From a virus (Duplodnaviria; Caudoviricetes), in the IMG/VR virus record IMGVR_UViG_3300030708_004078, positions 1-33,675 of that record: a stretch of DNA of 33,675 nucleotides. One strand, written 5' to 3'. Shown piece by piece: positions 9,344-18,074 of this stretch (positions are counted from its first letter, which is position 1; every line of letters starts with the position of its first letter). A program made the translations under genes and the position numbers. The notes below the pieces were generated by a model. That model was not told the origin of the DNA. It did no database searches and was given only the letters and a program-made list of their open reading frames with translations.

Positions 9344-12097
9344 ATGGCACATTTCCATAGTAATGCTCTTATTGGCGCTTCAGGTGGACAAGGAGGAGCG
9401 TACAAGATTGAACGCAGCTTGCGATTTAACAGCGGTGATAGCGCATATCTCAATCGCACCCCAAGTTCTGCAGGTAACCGCAAGACGTGGACTTGGAGTG
9501 GATGGGTAAAGCGATGTGCGGATCCTTCTAATCACACTGCTTTATTTACTGCAGGAACAACTGTTAGTGATACAGGATTTTTCAGAATCACTTTTCACGC
9601 TAATGGGCACATTAACGTTGCGACTGGCGCAACAAATATTCTCTATGACGGTGGCAAGCTGCGTGATTTTAGTGCCTGGTATCACATATTAGTGTCAGTC
9701 GATACGACGGCTAGTTCCAATCAAGTCAAGTGCTATGTAAATGGTGCGTTGTATCAGCAAGCTACTGCTATTTCTAACGTAGATACTGCTATCAATAGCA
9801 CGTTACAACATCAAATTGGTAGAGATACAGGTGAAACGACTCACGCTGATATTTATTTAGCCGAAGTTCACTTCATCGACGGTCAAGCACTTGCTGCGTC
9901 TGACTTCGGTGAATACGACGACAACAATGTCTGGCAGCCGAAGGAATTTGCTGGCAGTTATACAACGTCTGGCGTTAGTTTTGATTTTGCAGAACAAGAA
10001 TTATATGCAGGTGGCACTAGGGAAGCCTTGTTTGACGGTAGCACCAGCACTGGCTGTAATTTCCGAAGAACTACAGGGTCGGGCGGTGATCCCAGCAATA
10101 CAAAGCGCATTAAAGTAACCTTTCCAACAGCTAAAACTGGTGTTACAAAGCTTCGTATTTATGGCGGTGGCAATACCAGTTCAACAAACAAAGTCTGGTA
10201 TAACGATGATGTATCAACAATGATCGATAACGACGATCCTGTTGGCTGGAAAACGGTTTACACTGGATCTGCGATAACAATCAATTCAATCTCATTTGGA
10301 ACAAGTGTCGGCGGTTCTAACCTGCGTGCCATTGAGATTAACGATACAATTTTGACCGATGATATTGAGCACGGACTCAATTCTTTTTACTTAAAATTTG
10401 ACGACAATAGTAGTGCTGCTGCGCTGGGAACGGATAGCAGTGGTCAGAGCAATACTTGGACTGTCAACAACCTTTCTGTTGCATCTGGTGCAGGAAACGA
10501 CAGCCTGATCGACACGCCGTCTAATTACGATGCAAGTTCTGGAAATAATGGTGGTAACTACTGCACCTTAAATCCACTTAAAAACCAGTCTCAAACCCTG
10601 AAGAATGGCAACCTAGAAAGCAACGGCACTTCTGGTCGATCTACTGGAACGTTGTATGCCAGTAGCGGGAAATTCTACTGGGAATTTACTGCCGGCAGCA
10701 GTTATACGATGGCGGGTATTGAAAGTAGAACAAGCCCCTACTCTGCAAGTTATCCCGGTGAAAACGATCAGCAATATGCGGTTTATGGAAACAACGGCAG
10801 CGGACAGCTTTATCACAACAATAGCGCCACCTCATTTGATGGTTTTGTGTCAGGCGACGTGATTGGCGTCGCTTTGGATATGGATGCCGGCAACCTTTAT
10901 TTCTACAAAAACGGGTCTGCCATGAACAGCGGTAATGCCGCTGCAACAGGGCTTACAGGTGCGTGGACAGCAAACTGCAGGTCAGGCAGTGGCGCTTTCA
11001 ACGGGGACACTGTTTTTAACTTCGGCCAACGCCCGTTTGCGCACACCCCGCCGACCGGTTATGTATCTCTCTGCACGCAAAATTTAAGCGACCCAACGAT
11101 TACCGATACTACGACGGTATTTGACACCAAACTGTATACAGGCACGGGTAGTAACTTTACCGTCACTTACGATTTTTCTCCTGATTTTGCCTGGATTAAG
11201 GGTAGAAGCTACACCTCTAACGGTCAACTTAGCGATACTATCCGAAGTTCGGCTGGAAATAAAAGATTTGAGCTTCCTACTGGAAACGCCGAAGATGCAG
11301 GCGGCCCAACGTTCGTCAGCACTGGACTAAGCCTTGGCACTAATGCAGCTATCAATACGAACAACCAAACATACGTCAGTTGGGCATGGGACGCTGGATC
11401 GTCAACGGTAAGTAACACTGATGGCAGCATTACTTCTAGTATCCGCGTCAATGCGTCTGCTGGATTTTCTATTGTCACTTGGTCAGGTAATAGTCAAAAT
11501 GCGACGGTGGGGCACGGTCTGGGAGCTGTCCCGCAAATGATCATCCATAAAAGAAGAAACGGAGCTGCTTCTTTTATCACATATCACATAGGTACAGGTG
11601 CTACCAATGCACTGCAGTTTAATGCGGGCGATGCCCTTATTAATAACAGCTATTTTGACAATAAAAGCCCTACGTCAACCATCTTTAATGTTTCGGATTT
11701 TGATGAAACCAATAGGACTGGTAATAACTATGTTGCTTACTGCTGGACACCTATCGAGGGCTATAGCTCTTTTGGTTCATACACCGGCAATGGAAGTACT
11801 GATGGTCCCTTTGTTGCGACCGGCATGCGTCCCAAATTTTTAATAATTAAGTGCTCTACCTTGTCAGGCGAGGATTGGTTGGTTCTAGACACAGCGAGAG
11901 ATCCCTTTAACGTGGCAGATGGTGCTATATACGCAAGTCAAACTCATGCCGAAAATTCAACTTCTCTTGTTGCGACAGATATATTGTCTAACGGATTTAA
12001 AGTCAGAACGACAAATGGCGTCTCTAACTCAAACGGGCAAACTTATGTTTATATGGCTTTTGCTGAGCATCCCTTCAAAACCGCCCGTGCGCGGTAA
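9344..12097 (+). CDS. Receptor-binding fibre head 1 (LamG/ConA-like + SPRY-like + C-terminal repeat domain)
   Basis: RSLRFN, TWTWSGWVKR, RDFSAWYHI, SSGKFYWEF, GDVIGVALDMDAG.LYFYKNG, NFGQRPF, GHGLG. Confidence 0.85.
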   Translation: MAHFHSNALIGASGGQGGAYKIERSLRFNSGDSAYLNRTPSSAGNRKTWTWSGWVKRCADPSNHTALFTAGTTVSDTGFFRITFHANGHINVATGATNILYDGGKLRDFSAWYHILVSVDTTASSNQVKCYVNGALYQQATAISNVDTAINSTLQHQIGRDTGETTHADIYLAEVHFIDGQALAASDFGEYDDNNVWQPKEFAGSYTTSGVSFDFAEQELYAGGTREALFDGSTSTGCNFRRTTGSGGDPSNTKRIKVTFPTAKTGVTKLRIYGGGNTSSTNKVWYNDDVSTMIDNDDPVGWKTVYTGSAITINSISFGTSVGGSNLRAIEINDTILTDDIEHGLNSFYLKFDDNSSAAALGTDSSGQSNTWTVNNLSVASGAGNDSLIDTPSNYDASSGNNGGNYCTLNPLKNQSQTLKNGNLESNGTSGRSTGTLYASSGKFYWEFTAGSSYTMAGIESRTSPYSASYPGENDQQYAVYGNNGSGQLYHNNSATSFDGFVSGDVIGVALDMDAGNLYFYKNGSAMNSGNAAATGLTGAWTANCRSGSGAFNGDTVFNFGQRPFAHTPPTGYVSLCTQNLSDPTITDTTTVFDTKLYTGTGSNFTVTYDFSPDFAWIKGRSYTSNGQLSDTIRSSAGNKRFELPTGNAEDAGGPTFVSTGLSLGTNAAINTNNQTYVSWAWDAGSSTVSNTDGSITSSIRVNASAGFSIVTWSGNSQNATVGHGLGAVPQMIIHKRRNGAASFITYHIGTGATNALQFNAGDALINNSYFDNKSPTSTIFNVSDFDETNRTGNNYVAYCWTPIEGYSSFGSYTGNGSTDGPFVATGMRPKFLIIKCSTLSGEDWLVLDTARDPFNVADGAIYASQTHAENSTSLVATDILSNGFKVRTTNGVSNSNGQTYVYMAFAEHPFKTARAR

Positions 12098-12100
12098 ATT
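12053..12100 (+). repeat. 48 bp direct repeat, copy 1 (3-prime end of fibre head 1)
   Basis: 45/48 identical to 16960-17007, with a 29 bp perfect core; identity extends 3 nt past the stop. Confidence 0.9.
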
Positions 12101-12135
12101 TCTTTGATTTAGATTAATTAAAAAGCCACAAAATA

Positions 12136-12636
12136 ATGTACGTACTCGATGACCGACGATTGAACTATGACGTCCCATTCACCGTAGGGGACGTCACATA
12201 CCCTGCTAATTGGCTTAGGCTTTCTACTAGAGAACAAAGAGAGGCTTTGGGAATTGTTGAAAGACCTGATATTGTCGAGCGTGCCTATGATCAGCGTTTT
12301 TATTGGGGTGCAGATATCCCCAAGAATTTAGAGGATGCTGCAGTATTGGATAGTGAAGGTAATGAGACAGGCGAAATACAGACAGGTCTAAAGACTTTAT
12401 GGGTCCAAAAACAAAAAGATACTGCTGCCACGTTACTGCTTTTGACAGACTGGTATGTCACGCGTAAAGCTGAAACTGGTCAAGTGGTACCAGATGAGAT
12501 TACAGCTACGCGATCCGCAATTCGCGCTGTCTGTGAACAACGTGAGACTCAAATCACGGACTGCACAACGACGGATGAACTTGCTGCGTTGATCAAAAAT
12601 AACGGACTCACTGCGTGGCCCAACTCTTCTGTCTAA
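12136..12636 (+). CDS. Fibre assembly chaperone-like protein, paralog A
   Basis: YPANWLRLST.EQR.ALGI, YDQRFYWG, LLLTDWYVTRKAE, terminal WP. Confidence 0.75.
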   Translation: MYVLDDRRLNYDVPFTVGDVTYPANWLRLSTREQREALGIVERPDIVERAYDQRFYWGADIPKNLEDAAVLDSEGNETGEIQTGLKTLWVQKQKDTAATLLLLTDWYVTRKAETGQVVPDEITATRSAIRAVCEQRETQITDCTTTDELAALIKNNGLTAWPNSSV

Positions 12637-12646
12637 TCTTCTACAT

Positions 12647-12652
12647 TAGAAT
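12647..12652 (+). promoter_or_regulatory. -10 element TAGAAT
   Basis: In a 36 nt gap, 20 nt before the ATG at 12673. Confidence 0.5.
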
Positions 12653-12672
12653 ATAAACATTAGTCAGGCATT

Positions 12673-13158
12673 ATGTACATCTTAAACGGCTCTCCACTAC
12701 CCCTTGACACTCCTTTCGAGGCAAAGGGAATCAGCTATCCATCTAATTGGCTCCGACAGTCAACTAGGCAGCAGCGGGCTGCTCTTGAGATTACATGGGA
12801 AGCTGATCCTATTCCGACGCACGATCAAAGGTTTCGTTGGAGCCAGGACAATGTCAAACAATTTGATGATGTTGCGATTGAGGACGAAGAGGGCAACCCT
12901 ACAGGAGAAGTCACTAAGGGACTGAAAAGCCATTGGCTTGAGAAGCAGAAAGAAACTTGCAATCTGTTATTAGCGCCTACTGATTGGCATGTCATCCGGA
13001 AAGCGGAGCGTGACGTTGCAATTCCAGACGCCGTGTCTAGTTATCGGAATAGCGTTCTTACTGCCTGTACAGCAAGAGAAGCTGAGATTAATGCCTGTAC
13101 TACAACTGAGGAGCTTGAAACCTTAATCACCGAGACGGGCCTTACAGATTGGCCATAA
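12673..13158 (+). CDS. Fibre assembly chaperone-like protein, paralog B
   Basis: Collinear with paralog A (YPSNWLRQST, HDQRF, LLAPTDWHVIRKAE, DWP). Confidence 0.75.
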   Translation: MYILNGSPLPLDTPFEAKGISYPSNWLRQSTRQQRAALEITWEADPIPTHDQRFRWSQDNVKQFDDVAIEDEEGNPTGEVTKGLKSHWLEKQKETCNLLLAPTDWHVIRKAERDVAIPDAVSSYRNSVLTACTAREAEINACTTTEELETLITETGLTDWP

Positions 13159-13170
13159 GAGTAATTCATT

Positions 13171-13176
13171 TAGAAT
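13171..13176 (+). promoter_or_regulatory. -10 element TAGAAT
   Basis: In intergenic gap, 25 nt before the GTG at 13202. Confidence 0.5.
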
Positions 13177-13201
13177 GATTCTATCTAGGCGGTAATAAAC
13201 A

Positions 13202-13921
13202 GTGCCATACATTGGTCGGCAAATTGCTCGTGGTCAGAACCGTAAAATCGATGATGTATCGAGTAGTTTTAACGGTGGCACGGCCACTTTTAATCTGCGA
13301 GTAGATGGTGAGGCGGTTTACCCAGCCACCACCCAGCAGCTATTTGTGTCCATTGGCGGTGTGATGCAGAACCCAGGTACGGACTTTACCGTGGCTGGCG
13401 ATCAGGTGACCTTCACTACTGCGCCTGCTGGCGGATTAAGTTTTTTCGCCTTGATGCAGGGCGACGCTGTAGATACAAATACACCTGGAGACGGGACAGT
13501 CACGACTTCAAAAATCGGAGACGACCAGGTCACCGGAGCTAAATTAGCCGACAATATTACGATCTCTTCAACCAGTACAATCACTGGTAGTACTGTTTCA
13601 GATACATCAGGCAACCTCCGCGACATTCCGCAAAACGCCAAGACAAGCGCTTATGTATTGGTGATTGGGGATGCAGGTAAGCACGTCAGCATCACAACTG
13701 GTGGCGTCACTGTTAATTCAGGAATCTTCTCGGCAGGGGATGCTGTAAGTATTTACAATAATAGTGCGAGCGCACAGACAATCACGCAGGGTAGCTCAGT
13801 CACAATTCGTCTTGCTGGAGTTGGTACTGCGGGTGATAAAACACTTGCGTCTTATGGGTTAGCGACCTTATTATGCATCGCAAGTAATGAATTCGTTATC
13901 GCTGGTACTGGAGTTAGCTAA
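13202..13921 (+). CDS. Tail fibre protein (MxYIG-type), module 2
   Basis: MPYIGRQ, IDDVSSSFNGG, VSIGGVMQNP, VTFTTAP, VTTSKI.D..VTGAKLA; different C-terminal domain (AYVLVIGDAGK). Confidence 0.8.
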   Translation: MPYIGRQIARGQNRKIDDVSSSFNGGTATFNLRVDGEAVYPATTQQLFVSIGGVMQNPGTDFTVAGDQVTFTTAPAGGLSFFALMQGDAVDTNTPGDGTVTTSKIGDDQVTGAKLADNITISSTSTITGSTVSDTSGNLRDIPQNAKTSAYVLVIGDAGKHVSITTGGVTVNSGIFSAGDAVSIYNNSASAQTITQGSSVTIRLAGVGTAGDKTLASYGLATLLCIASNEFVIAGTGVS

Positions 13922-16900
13922 TGGGAATGCACCAAATGCTGGGACCAAGTTTTGGTGCTAGTGAAGATTATGTAATTAATCGCAGCTTGCGGTTTAATGA
14001 CGGGGATAGTCCATATTTGAGCAAAACCTTCGGTTCGGGCACACGCAAAAAATGGACTTGGAGCGCTTGGCTAAAGCGCACACTTACAAACAGGTTTGAA
14101 ATCGTATTTGGTGCTTCAGGTGCGCCTAACGTTTGGATTGCTTTCGGCGGAACGACAGCTGGCAGTGCCGGTGATCGTCTTGCTGTAAGGCTTACTGATG
14201 GTTCGACTAATAACTATATTTATACTGATGCTTTACTAAGAGACCCTTCGGCCTGGTATCACATTGTTATAAACATTGACACTGATAACGGAACTGAAGC
14301 AAACAGGATTAAGTTTTATATAAACGGCGTGTTGCAGACCAGGAATGGAACAGTTACTTCAGGGCTCAATCCAACTTTAAATTCAAACATTGCACATAGT
14401 ATTGGAAGAAATGCAAACTCTGGCGATCATTTTGACGGCTACTTGACTGAAATTCATTTTGTTGACGGTCAAGCACTTGCTGCGACTGATTTCGCTGAAT
14501 ACGATGACGATAATAATTGGATACCTAAAAGATACTCTGGAACGTATGGCACAAACGGGTTTTTTCTAAAGTTTGAGGACAATAGCAGCGACGCTGCACT
14601 TGGAACGGATAGTAGCGGTAATAGCAATACTTTTTCCGTAACGAACCTGACGGCATCAGGGACAAAATGGAGTACTTATCTTTATCCACAGTCTCCAGCT
14701 GGTTTTGATAGCTCATATCCTGCTTCAGAGGCTTTCGACGGAAGCATTGCTACCAACAACGAGGCCAAATTAGCTGCTGGTTCATATGAAGATAGGTACA
14801 TTGATTTTATTCCTGTTGGCGGCATTGTTTTCGAAAGCACAGTTGAAATGTATGTAGGTGTAAGCAACTTTGAGTACAGCTACAACGGCGGAAGCAATGT
14901 TGCCGTCAGCTCTGGATCTTGGCACACAGTTGCTAGCGGTGGGGGAACACTGACGTCTATTCGCATTCAACGAACACAGACTGTTACCCACACTTGGCGA
15001 GCTTTGCGGGTCGACGGAACTATTCTTGTAGACGGCACACCACGAAATGAAGACTGCCTTATCGATTCGCCTACTAATTATGAAGTAGATTCTGGCAACC
15101 CTGGCGGAAATTACTGCACGATGAATCCATTAACCAGTAATGGTGCAATTACATTTAGTAATGGAAATTTAGACACTCTTAATCCAGGGGGAACTCAAGA
15201 CAATCCTCGCGGCACGATGGGAGTATCGTCGGGGAAATGGTACTGGGAATGTGAAATTACAGCCTTTGCAGGCGGATTTCACGTTGGCCTAGCTACTCCA
15301 GAGTCGGTAAACACAGGCTTCCTTGGTAATAACTCTGGTGAGTGGGCGTATGTAGATAGTGGTAACAAGTATGCAGAGGGTAGCAGCTCAAGTTATGGGT
15401 CAAGTTTTACGTCTGCAGGTAAAGTTGTCAGCTTACTTTTTGATGCAGATGCTGGAACAGTTACCTTTTGGAATGATGGAGTTTCCCAAGGGCAGGCTTT
15501 TAGCGGATTAACAAACGGACCATACTTGCCAGCCATGTATGCACGAGTTGGCAATACTGGGGGTTCTTGGAACTTTGGTCAAAGAAGATTTAAATATGCG
15601 CCACCAAGCGGTTACAAAGCACTTTGCACGCAAAATCTTCCCAACCCAGCGATTGCCGATGGTTCGACGGCGTTTGATGCAAAACTTTGGACTGGAGATG
15701 GTTCGTCGTCTAGGGCCATCACGGGGTACAACTTCTCTCCTGACTTTGTTTGGATTAAGACGCGAAGCGAGTCTTATGGGCACGCAATTTTTGACATTGT
15801 GCGTGGCGCAAACATTAGACTAGATAGTGTTAATACAAATGCAGACCAAACAATTACTGATGGTTTGCATTCGTTTGACAGCAATGGATTTACGATTGGA
15901 AACAGGAACACAGTTGGCGAGAATACCGAAACGTACGTTGGCTGGGCATGGGACGCTGGCGCTAACAGTAGTAAAACATATACCGTTAAAGTCGTAAGCG
16001 ATAGTGGAAACAAGTACCGCTTCGATGACTTTGGCTCCAGTGCCGTGACTCTTGAGCTTGAAGAGGGTAGCACCTATGTGTTTGACCAGTCAGATAGCAG
16101 TAACGCAGGCCACCCACTGCGATTCTCCACTACGTCTAACGGAACGCACGGCGGAGGCACTGAATATACGACAGGTGTGACGACTACAGGCACACCTGGA
16201 CAGGCAGGAGCTAAGACTACAATCACTGTTGCCGCGAGTGCACCAACCTTATTTTATTATTGTAGTGTGCACAGTGGAATGGGGGGCCAGGCGAATACGA
16301 ACGCCACTGCTGGTTCAACCAACCTTGACGGTACTATTTTGTCAGTAGTTCGTGCCAATCCGTCAGCTGGATTCTCAATTGTCAGTTATACAGGTAATAG
16401 CACAAGTGGTGCCACCGTTGGACACGGCTTAAATGCTAAACCTGAGATGATTATACTTAAATCACGAACTGCCAATGAAAGTTGGTTTGTGAATTTCCCA
16501 TTTGGTACCGGTACCGGGTATTTAATGCTCCAATCACAAAACGGAGCTTCAGGTTCAAATAGTACAGTTTGGAACTTAACAAACCCAACAGCATCGGTAT
16601 TTAGCCTGGGAAATAGTAGCGGCGTAAATGGTTCACAAAACTATATTGCTTACTGTTTTACACCTGTCGAAGGTTTTAGCGCGTTTGGTACGTATGCAGG
16701 CAACGGTTCATCTGATGGTCCATTTGTGTTCACCGGATTTAGGCCAAAATTCTTAATTGTAAAGGTATACGACCAAGCCGATCATTGGGTTATGTGGGAC
16801 TCTGTTCGCGGAAGTACAAACGTAAATAAATTACCGCTCTATCCCAATTTGACTAACTCAGAATCCTCCAATATTAGTAGGCAGGTCGATCTACTTTCAA

Positions 16901-17004
16901 ACGGTTTTAAGCTTAGAGCCACTGATAATTCAATCAACGGCTCTCATAATTATGCCTACATGGCATTTGCTGAGCATCCCTTCAAAACCGCCCGCGCACG
17001 GTAA
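13921..17004 (+). CDS. Receptor-binding fibre head 2 (LamG + SPRY + cupredoxin-like insert + C-terminal repeat domain)
   Basis: Paralog of 9344-12097 with identical end MAFAEHPFKTARAR; insert GHPLRF...YYCSVHSGMGG. Confidence 0.85.
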   Translation: MGMHQMLGPSFGASEDYVINRSLRFNDGDSPYLSKTFGSGTRKKWTWSAWLKRTLTNRFEIVFGASGAPNVWIAFGGTTAGSAGDRLAVRLTDGSTNNYIYTDALLRDPSAWYHIVINIDTDNGTEANRIKFYINGVLQTRNGTVTSGLNPTLNSNIAHSIGRNANSGDHFDGYLTEIHFVDGQALAATDFAEYDDDNNWIPKRYSGTYGTNGFFLKFEDNSSDAALGTDSSGNSNTFSVTNLTASGTKWSTYLYPQSPAGFDSSYPASEAFDGSIATNNEAKLAAGSYEDRYIDFIPVGGIVFESTVEMYVGVSNFEYSYNGGSNVAVSSGSWHTVASGGGTLTSIRIQRTQTVTHTWRALRVDGTILVDGTPRNEDCLIDSPTNYEVDSGNPGGNYCTMNPLTSNGAITFSNGNLDTLNPGGTQDNPRGTMGVSSGKWYWECEITAFAGGFHVGLATPESVNTGFLGNNSGEWAYVDSGNKYAEGSSSSYGSSFTSAGKVVSLLFDADAGTVTFWNDGVSQGQAFSGLTNGPYLPAMYARVGNTGGSWNFGQRRFKYAPPSGYKALCTQNLPNPAIADGSTAFDAKLWTGDGSSSRAITGYNFSPDFVWIKTRSESYGHAIFDIVRGANIRLDSVNTNADQTITDGLHSFDSNGFTIGNRNTVGENTETYVGWAWDAGANSSKTYTVKVVSDSGNKYRFDDFGSSAVTLELEEGSTYVFDQSDSSNAGHPLRFSTTSNGTHGGGTEYTTGVTTTGTPGQAGAKTTITVAASAPTLFYYCSVHSGMGGQANTNATAGSTNLDGTILSVVRANPSAGFSIVSYTGNSTSGATVGHGLNAKPEMIILKSRTANESWFVNFPFGTGTGYLMLQSQNGASGSNSTVWNLTNPTASVFSLGNSSGVNGSQNYIAYCFTPVEGFSAFGTYAGNGSSDGPFVFTGFRPKFLIVKVYDQADHWVMWDSVRGSTNVNKLPLYPNLTNSESSNISRQVDLLSNGFKLRATDNSINGSHNYAYMAFAEHPFKTARAR

Positions 17005-17007
17005 ATT
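16960..17007 (+). repeat. 48 bp direct repeat, copy 2
   Basis: See 12053-12100. Confidence 0.9.
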
Positions 17008-17286
17008 ATGGTATTTAAAATTCTCATCACCGTCTTAGCTTTGGCCCCAAACCTTTTAATTGGGTACTTGTTTCTCAATAAAGATGCAATTATTGAGAAT
17101 CAGAAAAAAGCTCTGCTAGGAGCTATTTCCGGTCAAATGTCTAGTCAATTGACTAAGCAGACTGACGCAATTAAGGGCAACATGGGATCAATGTTTACAG
17201 ACACTATTAAGCCCGAAATCAAAGCAGGTGACAAGAAGACTTTAGACGCAATCCCAACCACTACGGGTCCTGCGTTACCCTTTTAG
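17008..17286 (+). CDS. Membrane-anchored hypothetical protein
   Basis: N-terminal TM, YLFLNKDAII, terminal PTTTGPALPF. Confidence 0.7.
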   Translation: MVFKILITVLALAPNLLIGYLFLNKDAIIENQKKALLGAISGQMSSQLTKQTDAIKGNMGSMFTDTIKPEIKAGDKKTLDAIPTTTGPALPF

Positions 17287-17288
17287 TA

Positions 17289-18074
17289 ATGCCTTCAATA
17301 CCTGATCTTACAGTCAGGCCTGTCGGTGATCTGTACATCCGACCTATTCATAATTGGGTAGGCGTGCCGCCAGTTGTCAATGCGGTATCACCACCCGTTA
17401 CCCTGACTCTTGGCACACCAATTATTCAAATACCTGGCTGCGTCAAGGCGCACCCTAGTTCAGATAAATCGGACATAATTGGCGATGATGATCCGAAAGG
17501 AGTGAGGACTTATTGTGATGCAAATCAGCCAACTTTTTATCCTCTTGACTACACTCCTGAAAATTTAATATATCAAAAGCCAGCTAAATTTAGTGGGTAT
17601 AAGGGGTCAAAACCTGCGCAAAAACAAGACGAAAAAGCTGAGGATTTTGCGCAAACTACACCGCCGATACCACCTGTTACTGGTGAAATAAATTCAGCTA
17701 ATAATAAAGAAAAGGATAGTGTAGAGACTAAGCCTGTTTGTGAAGATGGCTACAACTTAGTTGACAACAAATGCTTAGAAATTAAAGCTGAAGTGATAAG
17801 TGAAGTATCCTTTGTCGAAAAATATTTACCCACAGCACCTCAAGTAACTACTACAGCAACCATAGCTGTCGTCGCCACTACGTCTGCTTTATTGGCCAAA
17901 CCATTAGCAGATCTTCTTTTAAAATTAATTAAACCTACTGTGAAGAAGATAATGAAGAAGATTGCTGCGTTGAGAGGACAGAACCAGAAGGCAGAGAGTG
18001 TTTTACAACGTCGTCTTGCCCAACGTGATCGGAATCGTGCGATTCGTGCTCTTCGAGTTGCTTTAAAGAAATAG
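17289..18074 (+). CDS. Pro-rich membrane protein with basic C-terminus
   Basis: G.PII.IPGCV..H, CDA..P.F.PLDY.PE, EKYLPTAPQVTTTA.IAVVATTSALLAKPLADLLLK.IKP.VKK; a pattern I recall from cyanophages. Confidence 0.75.
   Translation: MPSIPDLTVRPVGDLYIRPIHNWVGVPPVVNAVSPPVTLTLGTPIIQIPGCVKAHPSSDKSDIIGDDDPKGVRTYCDANQPTFYPLDYTPENLIYQKPAKFSGYKGSKPAQKQDEKAEDFAQTTPPIPPVTGEINSANNKEKDSVETKPVCEDGYNLVDNKCLEIKAEVISEVSFVEKYLPTAPQVTTTATIAVVATTSALLAKPLADLLLKLIKPTVKKIMKKIAALRGQNQKAESVLQRRLAQRDRNRAIRALRVALKK

Noticed and set aside
1345-16073. Many minus-strand and off-frame ORFs within structural genes (e.g. 2656-3201, 6481-6867, 8817-9116, 15774-16073)
   Set aside because: Shadow frames expected from Thr/Ser/Gly-rich codon patterns; no motifs or expression signals
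7452-17007. Diversity-generating retroelement suggested by the Mtd_N domain and repeated fibre 3-prime ends
   Set aside because: No reverse transcriptase or Avd in the window; both repeat copies are coding, and their three mismatches are synonymous third positions, not adenine-specific
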